A stretch of DNA of 32,000 nucleotides. It comes from an uncultured archaeon. Its GTDB lineage: Archaea; Asgardarchaeota; Thorarchaeia; Thorarchaeales; Thorarchaeaceae. Within the stretch, counting starts at the first letter, position 1; every line of letters begins with the position of its first letter. Below, in pieces: positions 1 through 8,173 of this stretch. The notes beneath the pieces are model-generated. The model saw nothing but the letters and a program-made list of their open reading frames with translations. It was not told the origin of the DNA and ran no database searches. The DNA lies in NCBI GenBank assembly GCA_964354495.1, contig CAYHAA010000010.1:78016-110015 (forward strand), in the 5' to 3' direction. Both the position numbers and the translations under genes were made by a program.

Positions 1-1166
1 CGCTGAAGAATAGTCACGACGATATTGTTACCAAACCCACCAATGTTGTGAGTAAGACCAATACCCGGGTTATCTACTTGGAGCCCTTTGGGAGCCTCTC
101 CTCTCAATTGCGTGACAATGTCGCGTATCTGAGCTACTCCAGTGGCGCCAGTGGGATGACCTCTTGCCTTGATACCACCTGTAGTGTTGACAGGCATCTC
201 TCCCCAGACCTCCGTTAGACCCTCCTTTACCGCATGAATTGCGCTCCCACGTTCGACTAGACCAATATCCTCCATATTCACAAGTTCGAGGATGGAGAAA
301 GCATCATGAAGCTCGCACACATCAATCTCTTGAGGACTGATACTAGCCATCTTGAAGGCTTTCTCTGCAGCTACTACTGAAGCATCAAAAGAGGTCAGAG
401 CAGATCGATGTTGAACAGCAAGATAGTCGGTTCCATGACCAATACCTAGGACCCGTATTGCTCTATCTGCAAGACCATGTTCTTCCATCGTGCTTTCGGA
501 CGCAACAACAATAGCTGCTGCACCATCGCTCGTAGGGCAACAATCGTACAGGGTAAGAGGGTCTGCAACAACTCTTGCTGTGTTCACCTGTTCAATGGTG
601 ATCTCCTTTTGAAAGTGAGCCAGGGGGTTCTTCGCTCCATTTCGGTGGGCCTTCACAGGAATGAGAGAGAGTTCGTCCCGCGTCAGACCATAGTCATGCA
701 TGTACCTACGGGCAATCATAGCCGCGAGTGCAATAGGCGTGGCACCGTATCGAGTTTCGTTTTCGTAGGACATCATTTTGGCCAGAATCCCCGATGCTAC
801 CCCTCTGTCGACCTCGGACATCTTCTCCACGCCAACCACAAGAACAAGATTCGCCATGCCTGCGGCGACCAATGCGAAGGCGGACTCGAAGGCACTCGAC
901 CCTGAGGATGGACCAGTCTCAACTCGAATAGCGCCTGCTGGAACCAATCCAAGGCGGTCCGCCAGTACAGATGAGAGATGTCCCTGGCCTACGAACTCAT
1001 CGGGATTCTGGGCACCCACGACAAGACGATCGAATCGTGCCTCGACCGTTGAGGAGTCTTCCATCGCCTCAAAGGCAGCACTCTGTGCGAGATCTAGTAT
1101 AGAATCATCGAGCACACCGAACCTTGTCATTCCCGCTCCAACGATATAGACAGGATCCACGATCAT
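1..1166 (-). CDS. Thiolase-fold protein (archaeal/SCP2-type acetyl-CoA acetyltransferase family); 3' end runs off the window; nucleophilic Cys replaced by Pro
   Basis: Hand translation from ATG 1166: MIVDPVYIVGAGMTRFG...RVETGPSSG...VGVEKMS...DCCPTSDGAAA...ELHDAFSILE...VNTTGGIKARGHPTGATGVAQ...GLTHNIGGFG. Absent from the ORF track because the stop lies outside the window. Confidence 0.95.
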   Translation of the reverse strand, partial: MIVDPVYIVGAGMTRFGVLDDSILDLAQSAAFEAMEDSSTVEARFDRLVVGAQNPDEFVGQGHLSSVLADRLGLVPAGAIRVETGPSSGSSAFESAFALVAAGMANLVLVVGVEKMSEVDRGVASGILAKMMSYENETRYGATPIALAAMIARRYMHDYGLTRDELSLIPVKAHRNGAKNPLAHFQKEITIEQVNTARVVADPLTLYDCCPTSDGAAAIVVASESTMEEHGLADRAIRVLGIGHGTDYLAVQHRSALTSFDASVVAAEKAFKMASISPQEIDVCELHDAFSILELVNMEDIGLVERGSAIHAVKEGLTEVWGEMPVNTTGGIKARGHPTGATGVAQIRDIVTQLRGEAPKGLQVDNPGIGLTHNIGGFGNNIVVTILQ

Positions 1167-1172
1167 GCTCCC

Positions 1173-1697
1173 TCACACAATGAGAACCAGGAGTTCCGTC
1201 GGTGTCACCATGGTCCCCACCTTGACATTCACTTCCTTCACGGTGCCGGAGGTATCTGCCTTCAGTTCATTGAACATCTTCATCGCTTCAAGTATGCAGA
1301 CTGTCTGACCGCTCTTGACAGTGTCACCCACTTTCACACGGACTTCAGTAATCTTGCCAGGCATGGGGGGATAGATGCCACCAGCCACTCTTGGGCCTGC
1401 CTGGGAGGTGCCAGGAGCCTTTTTCTCAGCTTCTTGCTTTCTGACACGTTCCCACTCAATCTCTCGTTCCTGGCCATTTATCTCAAGACTCATGGTCTTC
1501 CCTGTTCGTTTCACGATTCTCACGGGATAGTCAGTGGTGGTATCATTTACAATCCATGAACCATCATCAGCAAGAGTCGGTTTCATTGTGAAACTCTGGT
1601 CAGCAACCTTCACAACAAGCAAGCCGCCCTCATCGAGCATCTTAACTTCAACAACGAAAGGCTTCTCATTGAGAGTGACCCTGTATTCCGGACTCAT
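1173..1697 (-). CDS. Biotin carboxyl carrier protein (biotinyl-domain subunit)
   Basis: C-terminal biotinyl domain with EAMKM motif (PMPGKI...VKVGDTV...ILEAMKMFNEL). The start overlaps the stop of the upstream carboxyltransferase. Confidence 0.95.
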   Translation of the reverse strand: MSPEYRVTLNEKPFVVEVKMLDEGGLLVVKVADQSFTMKPTLADDGSWIVNDTTTDYPVRIVKRTGKTMSLEINGQEREIEWERVRKQEAEKKAPGTSQAGPRVAGGIYPPMPGKITEVRVKVGDTVKSGQTVCILEAMKMFNELKADTSGTVKEVNVKVGTMVTPTELLVLIV

Positions 1698-3283
1698 TAT
1701 ACGCCCTCCTGGCTGCGTCCTCTCATCATATCCTTCCTACCAGCAGAGCCCCATGGTGTCGTGGACTGCTCCCACTTTCCAGCTCCATATTGCACTGTTC
1801 GTGCAGTAACGAGACCACTTCGACCCATGTCTGTCCATGCATCGCCTCGAGTGACTGCTGTTTCCGGCCCGCTTGGAGTAATCCCATTCATATGAAGAAT
1901 GGCCGCAGTGATTGCTACCTCCAATTCAGGTGTCATTTGACCTGCGACTTTTTTCCGAGCACGACGTTTCAAGAAGTCCAGAGCATACTGCGGGAATAGG
2001 GCATAGGATATTTCATCACGTGGCAGATGTGGTACGTCTTTGAGGGCTTCCCGTGCTGCTGGAAGTTCTGGCTCAAGAAGATCAGCAGGCCTGCAATCAA
2101 GAGGCTTTTCATTGCCAATCGCCATCTCCCTGACTGCAGCATCAATCTCAGCTGGGGGTCTTCCGTAATAACCGCGGATGTACTGTTTTACCTCAGTTGG
2201 AATCGTGCTGTATCTCTTTCCGGTCACAACATTGAGTGTTGCCTGAGTTCCGACAATCTGACTTGATGGTGTCACAAGGGGGGGATAACCAAGTTCTGCT
2301 CGCACACGCGGGACCTCTGCAAGCACCTCATCGTACTTATCCAATGCACCCTGTTCACGGAGCTGATTGTCAAGGTTAGATAGCATCCCTCCAGGAATCT
2401 GAAACTCGAGGACCTGTGGATTGACTCCCTGAAGACTGCCCTCGAACTGTGCGTACTTCCTGCGAATTCTACGGAAGTAGTTGGCAATCTCAGAGAGTTG
2501 GGTGATATTGAGACCTGTATCACGAGGAGTACCTTTGAGTGCCTCGACAATAGATTCAGTGGCAGGTTGTGATGTTGCCATTGACAGCGCAGATATCGCG
2601 CAGTCTACTACGTCCACCCCTGCTTCTGCTGCCTTGACATATGCCATTGCAGCCATCCCACTGGTGTAGTGAGAGTGGAGCTGGACAGGAAGGTCTACCT
2701 CGTCTTTGATTCCTGCTACTAGGTCATACGCAGCCGTGGGAGAAATGAGTCCTGCCATGTCCTTGATACAGATTGAGTCAGCCTCCTTTTCATAGAGCTC
2801 CTTTGCCATCTGGACAAACTTCTCATTTGTGTGAAAGGGGCTCAGGGTGTAACTGATGGCTGCTTGAACATGACCACCCTCACGCTTCACGAATCTCATT
2901 GCAGCCTCCATATTCCGAACATCATTCAGTGCATCAAAAATCCTGAAGATATCGATTCCAACTCGGACTGCCTCCACAACGAAGGCTTCCAGAACATCGT
3001 CCGCATACATATGATACCCAACGATATTACTTCCCCTCAACAACATCTGAAATGGCGTCTTGGGCATTGTTTCTTTGAGTAGTTCGACACGCTCCCAAGG
3101 GTCCTCGTCAAGAAAACGCATCATAGAGTCGAAGGTAGCCCCACCCCACATCTCAAGCGAATGGTACCCGACTTTATCAATCTTCTCACATATGGGAAGC
3201 ATGTCCTCTGTTCGCATTCGCGTAGCAATAAGTGATTGATGTGCGTCTCTCAGTGTCGTATCAGTTATCAGAAGCTTCATCAT
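1697..3283 (-). CDS. Pyruvate/oxaloacetate carboxyltransferase subunit (transcarboxylase 5S / OadA / PycB family) with a C-terminal epsilon/PccX-like extension
   Basis: [38 protein letters not shown] and GYPPLVTPSSQIVG motifs. There is no fused biotinyl domain. Confidence 0.95.
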   Translation of the reverse strand: MMKLLITDTTLRDAHQSLIATRMRTEDMLPICEKIDKVGYHSLEMWGGATFDSMMRFLDEDPWERVELLKETMPKTPFQMLLRGSNIVGYHMYADDVLEAFVVEAVRVGIDIFRIFDALNDVRNMEAAMRFVKREGGHVQAAISYTLSPFHTNEKFVQMAKELYEKEADSICIKDMAGLISPTAAYDLVAGIKDEVDLPVQLHSHYTSGMAAMAYVKAAEAGVDVVDCAISALSMATSQPATESIVEALKGTPRDTGLNITQLSEIANYFRRIRRKYAQFEGSLQGVNPQVLEFQIPGGMLSNLDNQLREQGALDKYDEVLAEVPRVRAELGYPPLVTPSSQIVGTQATLNVVTGKRYSTIPTEVKQYIRGYYGRPPAEIDAAVREMAIGNEKPLDCRPADLLEPELPAAREALKDVPHLPRDEISYALFPQYALDFLKRRARKKVAGQMTPELEVAITAAILHMNGITPSGPETAVTRGDAWTDMGRSGLVTARTVQYGAGKWEQSTTPWGSAGRKDMMRGRSQEGV

Positions 3284-3311
3284 CTCTAACCAGCATAGCG
3301 CATGTTAGATA

Positions 3312-3331
3312 GGTATTTAGTCGTTCTGTTA
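3312..3331 (-). promoter_or_regulatory. Putative BRE/TATA promoter of the 5S gene
   Basis: Minus strand TAACAGAACGACTAAATACC, 29 nt upstream of ATG 3283. It matches 6495-6514 at 19/20 nt, with the same spacing to the fragment's ATG. Confidence 0.6.
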
Positions 3332-3519
3332 GTACTCTCTCTTATTCTTTTGATACACATCTGATTGCCAGCGGCGAACGAGAAACTCGAAATTCCCTCC
3401 AGATTCGCGGTTTCATACTCGACTGACTCATCGAAGTTCTCTATGCTATCCAGCAAGAGAGGATTATGCCTTATTCTAGTAGGGTGGATTTACGACGAGT
3501 CGGATATTATTCCACGCTT

Positions 3520-3712
3520 CTGTCAGGTGCAAGTCATGCTTCCAACATGGACCTCTCGGACCTGCCATGTATGTGGTGAGAGAGGGGTGTGGGCGGAGGG
3601 CGTGACCTCAACTGATGAGCGGCGTGGGAGTGATTACTTCCATTGTTCAATGTGCGGTGAGCACTTCCGTGCTGATACGAATGCCACACGGAGTGTTATG
3701 CATGTTCAATAG
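3520..3712 (+). pseudogene. tnpB: IS200/IS605 TnpB C-terminal (zinc ribbon/RuvC-III) remnant
   Basis: PTWTSRTCHVCG...FHCSMCGEHFRADTNATRSV matches the TnpB pattern TSxxCxxCG...FxCxxCG...ADxNAAxNI. The N-terminal two-thirds is absent. Confidence 0.75.
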
Positions 3713-3785
3713 TCTGAGCAAGTTGCGGCCCCTAGGCGTACAGCAGGACGTCCGAGTTTTGCAGCTGAAAATGGACTGTTCGCAA

Positions 3786-4373
3786 TTAGGCTCTTCGGCG
3801 GTATATTATATAAAGTACTGGTAGAATCACAGCCACAATGGTCACCGAGATTATGATTGAGATTTGAAGCGGAATGTCGGCTGTGGTGTTTGTTGAGCCC
3901 TGCCTGCAGAATGATATTCGATGCAAGCTGGATGTATTCCAGTTGTTGAGGCTATCATTTGCATAGAACATGATATCCCAGATAACTAAAGAGTTTGCTC
4001 CAATAATCGTGAAATTCAGAGGCCAAGCTACAAAGTCGTCTGGATCACTTGTAAAAGCATCTCGACTCATAGAAACATTGTTCCAGTTGCTACTCGAATT
4101 GTTATTGTAACTTCCAATAACATTACTCACTCCATCGGGGTCTGTTACTCCAACTCTGAGTTCAAGGGTCAAGGTCACAGGTTCGGTGCTAGGAACAAGA
4201 TCCATGAACACCCATGGAGTGAGTTTGAACGAAGGACCTGAAGACTGACATACCTGAAACGAGGATGACAGAGATGACTGATTGCTCACAGCTGCCCCTC
4301 CTGCATTTGGCATCAGTGATGTCAGTGCAACTAGAATCAAAACAGCGTATCTAAAAGTCATTATCATCTTCAT
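3786..4373 (-). CDS. Secreted/membrane-anchored surface protein (signal peptide, Ig-like domain, C-terminal TM helix)
   Basis: N-terminal hydrophobic signal, VTDPDGVSNV...Y...WNNVSM beta-rich segment, C-terminal TM helix followed by YRRRA. Confidence 0.7.
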   Translation of the reverse strand: MKMIMTFRYAVLILVALTSLMPNAGGAAVSNQSSLSSSFQVCQSSGPSFKLTPWVFMDLVPSTEPVTLTLELRVGVTDPDGVSNVIGSYNNNSSSNWNNVSMSRDAFTSDPDDFVAWPLNFTIIGANSLVIWDIMFYANDSLNNWNTSSLHRISFCRQGSTNTTADIPLQISIIISVTIVAVILPVLYIIYRRRA

Positions 4374-4461
4374 GTTTCTCCCTTAATGTACGTCCTAAGC
4401 TATCTCTACACCTTTCATTATCATTTCTATATACGAGTTCTTTTTTCTTGCCTCCAATTTG

Positions 4462-6102
4462 TCACCAATAGCTCCGAGCATATGCCAAATACTGGTCCCA
4501 ACTGCTACAATGATAATAATGATATGAGAGGTCACGCTCCGATCCATATATATCAGGTACGCCACCTGAACTTTCGGCCATTCCTTCAACATGACCATAC
4601 TCATGCATTAAAATCCATTGTCTATAATTCTGAAGATAATACGAGGCTTCATCGCCTATTGCAAATCCAAAGCCCCATATTCCAAATCCCCAAATGTTGC
4701 TAGGATCTATGTAATGAGCAAATAAACCATATACCCATCTGGTCTGTCCGATATGATTGAAATACATATCGCGATAGTTGGATTCGTACTCGTCCCCGTT
4801 AATGTCATATTCAAAAGGAACGCTCGAACTCTGAACAAATGTCACTCTTCTGTAGTCATGGACTATCCAATATGCTTGGAGATAATCAAAGATAGAAACA
4901 GGTTGCTGATGATTATAGCTGGTTCCTCCATGAACTCCAACCATCCAATCAACTTCGACGTTCCTATAATAGTAATTGATCCACCAGTGCGTCAAAGCCT
5001 TTGGATTCGTCCCGTAATTGCCATAGTACAGAACAAACTTGATTTCATGCATACCAGGTGTTGAATAACTTGGCAATTGAATATGATAGGTACCAGGAGC
5101 AGTAAGTGTGCTGTGAAGCTGACCGTCTACATAGACGTATAAGTATCTGTAAAACGGATCATGAACATTGACGCATTGTATGTCTAGGTATGTGCTAGGA
5201 CCCATCGGTGTGCGGTATCTGAGTTCCGAATAGAGCGCGTTTTGAAAGTTCTCTTCTGTCGTATCATAAGGTTGACCCGAAGAATCAAAGAGGTGGTAAT
5301 ATCTGAGCTGCCATCCTTTATCGGATATACCTCCATTGTAGATTTCAAGTGTTATTGTCAACCATCCAGTGTAGATTAATGATATATCACCTTCCCAGTA
5401 GGGTTGTGTGCTATAGATTACTGTATTTAGTATCTGAACATATCCCACATACACCCGAAAGTATCTAGAGTAGGTATCTAGATCTCTCTCCACTCTTATG
5501 TGTGCCTTCATCCCGGACTGAATATATGCTTGATATGAGATCCTTGCATATGTGGACTTTGGAAACCAGTGCCCCTCCATTGCAGGAGTCACAGGTACTG
5601 CGCGCGTATTTCTATCATGAGGACCGAATTCCGAGCCCCAAGTATGTCCAGTGAAGTAACCACTGACAAGTGGAGTTGACTCTTTTTCTGATTCTATTAT
5701 TATTTCTTGAGATACATTCATTGCTTCAGGTATACAATCAGCGGAAACAAATGGAGGCATTTGATTAATTCTCTCAATCTCTGGAGAGATTGAAGCATTC
5801 ATCATTTGAACTTCCTCAAGTGTTGGGATTTTTGTTCCGAAATCCGTTTCTAGATAATTCAGGGTCGTAGGATCTCTCTCAGAGGTAGTTACCATATTGT
5901 TCCAAGGGATATCTGCATTCTGCGTAGTCATGGGACTTTCGGAAAACGCAGCTATTGCCAAAGCTCCCGGAATCTGATTGATAGTGCATACTAGCACCAC
6001 AATCACAACAATCCTGATTGCAGAAAGAAAACGATCCTTTTTGAAACTCCATTTACCAGTCTTGAAATTCATACCACATACTTCCTCAATCAATCGTTCC
6101 AT
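4462..6102 (-). CDS. Secreted zinc metallopeptidase-like protein with two repeated beta-rich domains
   Basis: N-terminal hydrophobic segment and HEYGH zincin motif near the C-terminus (4591-4605). Likely start ATG 6072. Visibly AT-rich. Confidence 0.7.
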   Translation of the reverse strand: MERLIEEVCGMNFKTGKWSFKKDRFLSAIRIVVIVVLVCTINQIPGALAIAAFSESPMTTQNADIPWNNMVTTSERDPTTLNYLETDFGTKIPTLEEVQMMNASISPEIERINQMPPFVSADCIPEAMNVSQEIIIESEKESTPLVSGYFTGHTWGSEFGPHDRNTRAVPVTPAMEGHWFPKSTYARISYQAYIQSGMKAHIRVERDLDTYSRYFRVYVGYVQILNTVIYSTQPYWEGDISLIYTGWLTITLEIYNGGISDKGWQLRYYHLFDSSGQPYDTTEENFQNALYSELRYRTPMGPSTYLDIQCVNVHDPFYRYLYVYVDGQLHSTLTAPGTYHIQLPSYSTPGMHEIKFVLYYGNYGTNPKALTHWWINYYYRNVEVDWMVGVHGGTSYNHQQPVSIFDYLQAYWIVHDYRRVTFVQSSSVPFEYDINGDEYESNYRDMYFNHIGQTRWVYGLFAHYIDPSNIWGFGIWGFGFAIGDEASYYLQNYRQWILMHEYGHVEGMAESSGGVPDIYGSERDLSYHYYHCSSWDQYLAYARSYW

Positions 6103-6201
6103 ACGCGGTAATCAGTTATTAGCCTTCGGTTTGTTGAAATGATCCGAAAATCATATCACCGGACTCACGTGATTGAGGACTCTTTCCAGTCCCATTTGAT
6201 G

Positions 6202-6466
6202 CAACGATATTAGACCCTCTCAGGAGCATCTAGAACTTGGTCCTTGGCATTGCATCCTTGAGCAGCTCCACGCGCTCCCAAGGGTCTTCATCCAAGAAAC
6301 GCATCATACTGTCAAAGGTCGCACCGCCCCACATCTCAAGGGAATGGTACCCAACATTGTCAATCTTCTCGCATATGGGTAGCATGTCTTCAGTTCGCAT
6401 TCGTGTGGCAATGAGAGACTGATGTGCGTCTCGCAATGTTGTATCGGTAATCAGAAGCTTTGCCAT
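6202..6466 (-). pseudogene. Diverged 5' fragment (about 88 codons) of the 5S carboxyltransferase gene
   Basis: Over codons 3-79 there are 44 differences in 231 nt against 1697..3283 (about 81% identity), with only 6 amino-acid changes. One is CAG->TAG at 6230-6232. Homology continues past this stop (MLLRGSNIV) and ends abruptly at about 6202. Confidence 0.95.
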
Positions 6467-6494
6467 TGCTGACCAAATCAGTAGGTAGTTGATG

Positions 6495-6514
6495 GGTATT
6501 TAGTCATTCTGTTA
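6495..6514 (-). promoter_or_regulatory. Duplicated promoter of the 5S gene, retained with the fragment
   Basis: TAACAGAATGACTAAATACC, 19/20 identical to 3312-3331 and 29 nt upstream of the fragment ATG. Confidence 0.6.
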
Positions 6515-6663
6515 TTGCGCTGCACATTCCATTCGTCCTCAGTCAGCGCCTCGATGTCTCATCCATTGACCGCGAAGGCAGATTATAGCCAGAGAATAAG
6601 ACTTGGAGGCAGCCACCAGACTCTCCTCTCAGGACTGGTGAAGCGTAGCCCAGATGTGGTGAG

Positions 6664-7206
6664 TCACTTACTTTGTTTCTTGACCCACCTCTCAATGATA
6701 TCTGCGGCTACATCGTCAACAGCGGTCATTCTTACCACAACTCCGGTGACACTGTCAGTGACAAAGATGTTGTAGTAGTGTCTGCGACTGCTCTTTTGAG
6801 CCCATACGGTCTTCAAATACTGCTCAGGCGCCAACCGCTTCAGATTCGACCTAAGTATCTCTTTCTTTATGGACTTGCCCTGTACTTCAATCAGTCGCTC
6901 CGAGGTGAGATAGTACATGGTCCGTTTCATCTGGACAAACAAGTAGATCACATAGAGAAGAAGTACAAAGAATGCAATCACCGCGATTATGTCGAAGATA
7001 ACAACGATGAGTAGAAGGCCGGCAGGTGAACCTTGAGCAAGATTGCCCAATACTGCTGCAACCACGACTAGAAGCAACATCGGGAAACAGCCATTGCGCA
7101 TGAGAATCATGATGCCAATTCCTGCTCTCTGACTCCACTCGATGGTCTCGCCATCATTCAGCCCTTGAACTGGTGAGTCGGGTGTTGCGACATCGTTACG
7201 CGGCAT
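6664..7206 (-). CDS. Membrane protein with two TM helices and a bacterial PH-like domain
   Basis: GETIEWSQR N-terminus, two TM helices, then YYLTSERLIEV, typical of bPH-domain membrane proteins. Confidence 0.65.
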   Translation of the reverse strand: MPRNDVATPDSPVQGLNDGETIEWSQRAGIGIMILMRNGCFPMLLLVVVAAVLGNLAQGSPAGLLLIVVIFDIIAVIAFFVLLLYVIYLFVQMKRTMYYLTSERLIEVQGKSIKKEILRSNLKRLAPEQYLKTVWAQKSSRRHYYNIFVTDSVTGVVVRMTAVDDVAADIIERWVKKQSK

Positions 7207-7418
7207 ACTACGATTCCCATGTCACAGCATCTAGGCGGGTATTTGAAGATTATCACGGAGAATAGCATGTGAGAGGTGGTGATCATGGCACAGGCATGAG
7301 TCTTAAGATGATCTCCGGAACGAGCTATCAGAGAAACCAACAAAGCATTTAACGGACCAAGTCAAGGAGGCAGGAATAGGACAACTCCGCAGAGAATGAC
7401 GGACGAAAGGCGAGGATC

Positions 7419-8090
7419 ATGAGAAGAAGGTCGATGTGCCTGCTATTTGTGCTTCTACTGGTCACTGCTTCGATTATCGGTGGCCTCTACGTGTTACTCA
7501 CCCAAACAGAGCTAGTTGAGTATGATGAAACGGTGGTCATTTACGAGGACACCTATCCTGCTGCGGAGAATATCTCGATCTATTACGATGTTTGCTTCCA
7601 CAACGTCACATTCAACGTGGTTGACGACCCTGGATTCATGATTAGAGTCAACTGGAAGCTCACTGTCCTAGTCGAAGGAGCAAAGGGAAAGAATACAGGT
7701 CTTCAAGTGACTAATACCTCATCGGATGAGTTTGTGTACATTCAGATACTGAAAGAGAACCCCAGTGATGTATGTGCACTGAATGCAGGAGATGCGCGAG
7801 CGTTCGTGAATGTCACGATCAACAGGGCATATACGATTGATATTGAGGCGTCGGCAGGACATGGCAATATCAATATGACTGCAAGTAATGCAACGTTCCA
7901 GAACGTGTACTTCCATCATGGAATCAACTGCCCAGGCAACAATGGAATCAACATGACGGATTCAACGGTATATGGCGACCTTACCTGTCAGGTCTCGACA
8001 GGATACTACTGGGTGAGGCTTGAGAATGTTGATATCGGAGGCACATTGTCATGTGCGCCAGTGGAACGTGGAACACTGATTGTACTCTGA
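7419..8090 (+). CDS. Membrane-anchored/secreted beta-rich hypothetical protein (DUF4097-like C-terminus)
   Basis: N-terminal signal/TM helix and repetitive GNINMT/NGINMT beta-strands. Confidence 0.6.
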   Translation: MRRRSMCLLFVLLLVTASIIGGLYVLLTQTELVEYDETVVIYEDTYPAAENISIYYDVCFHNVTFNVVDDPGFMIRVNWKLTVLVEGAKGKNTGLQVTNTSSDEFVYIQILKENPSDVCALNAGDARAFVNVTINRAYTIDIEASAGHGNINMTASNATFQNVYFHHGINCPGNNGINMTDSTVYGDLTCQVSTGYYWVRLENVDIGGTLSCAPVERGTLIVL

Positions 8091-8173
8091 GATGAGCTTC
8101 ACGAACCTGAATTTTCCTCCTGGCCAGTCTCCCGACGTACTCCGCAAGTCTTTTCACATCGTTAGACACAGGA

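Noticed and set aside
477-1149. Plus-strand ORFs 477..905 and 778..1149
   Set aside because: Antisense shadows of the thiolase gene.
4395-4604. 69 aa ORF with a hydrophobic stretch
   Set aside because: Overlaps the catalytic C-terminus of the metallopeptidase by 143 nt on the same strand; probably a shadow frame.
7207-7260. Scattered pccB-like words in gene order (ATAATCTTC, AGATGCTG, CATGGGAAT, TAG on the minus strand), a possible seventh remnant
   Set aside because: Needs several deletions to align, and the stretch also serves as the likely promoter (TTCAAATA) of 6664..7206. Not supportable without a statistical alignment.
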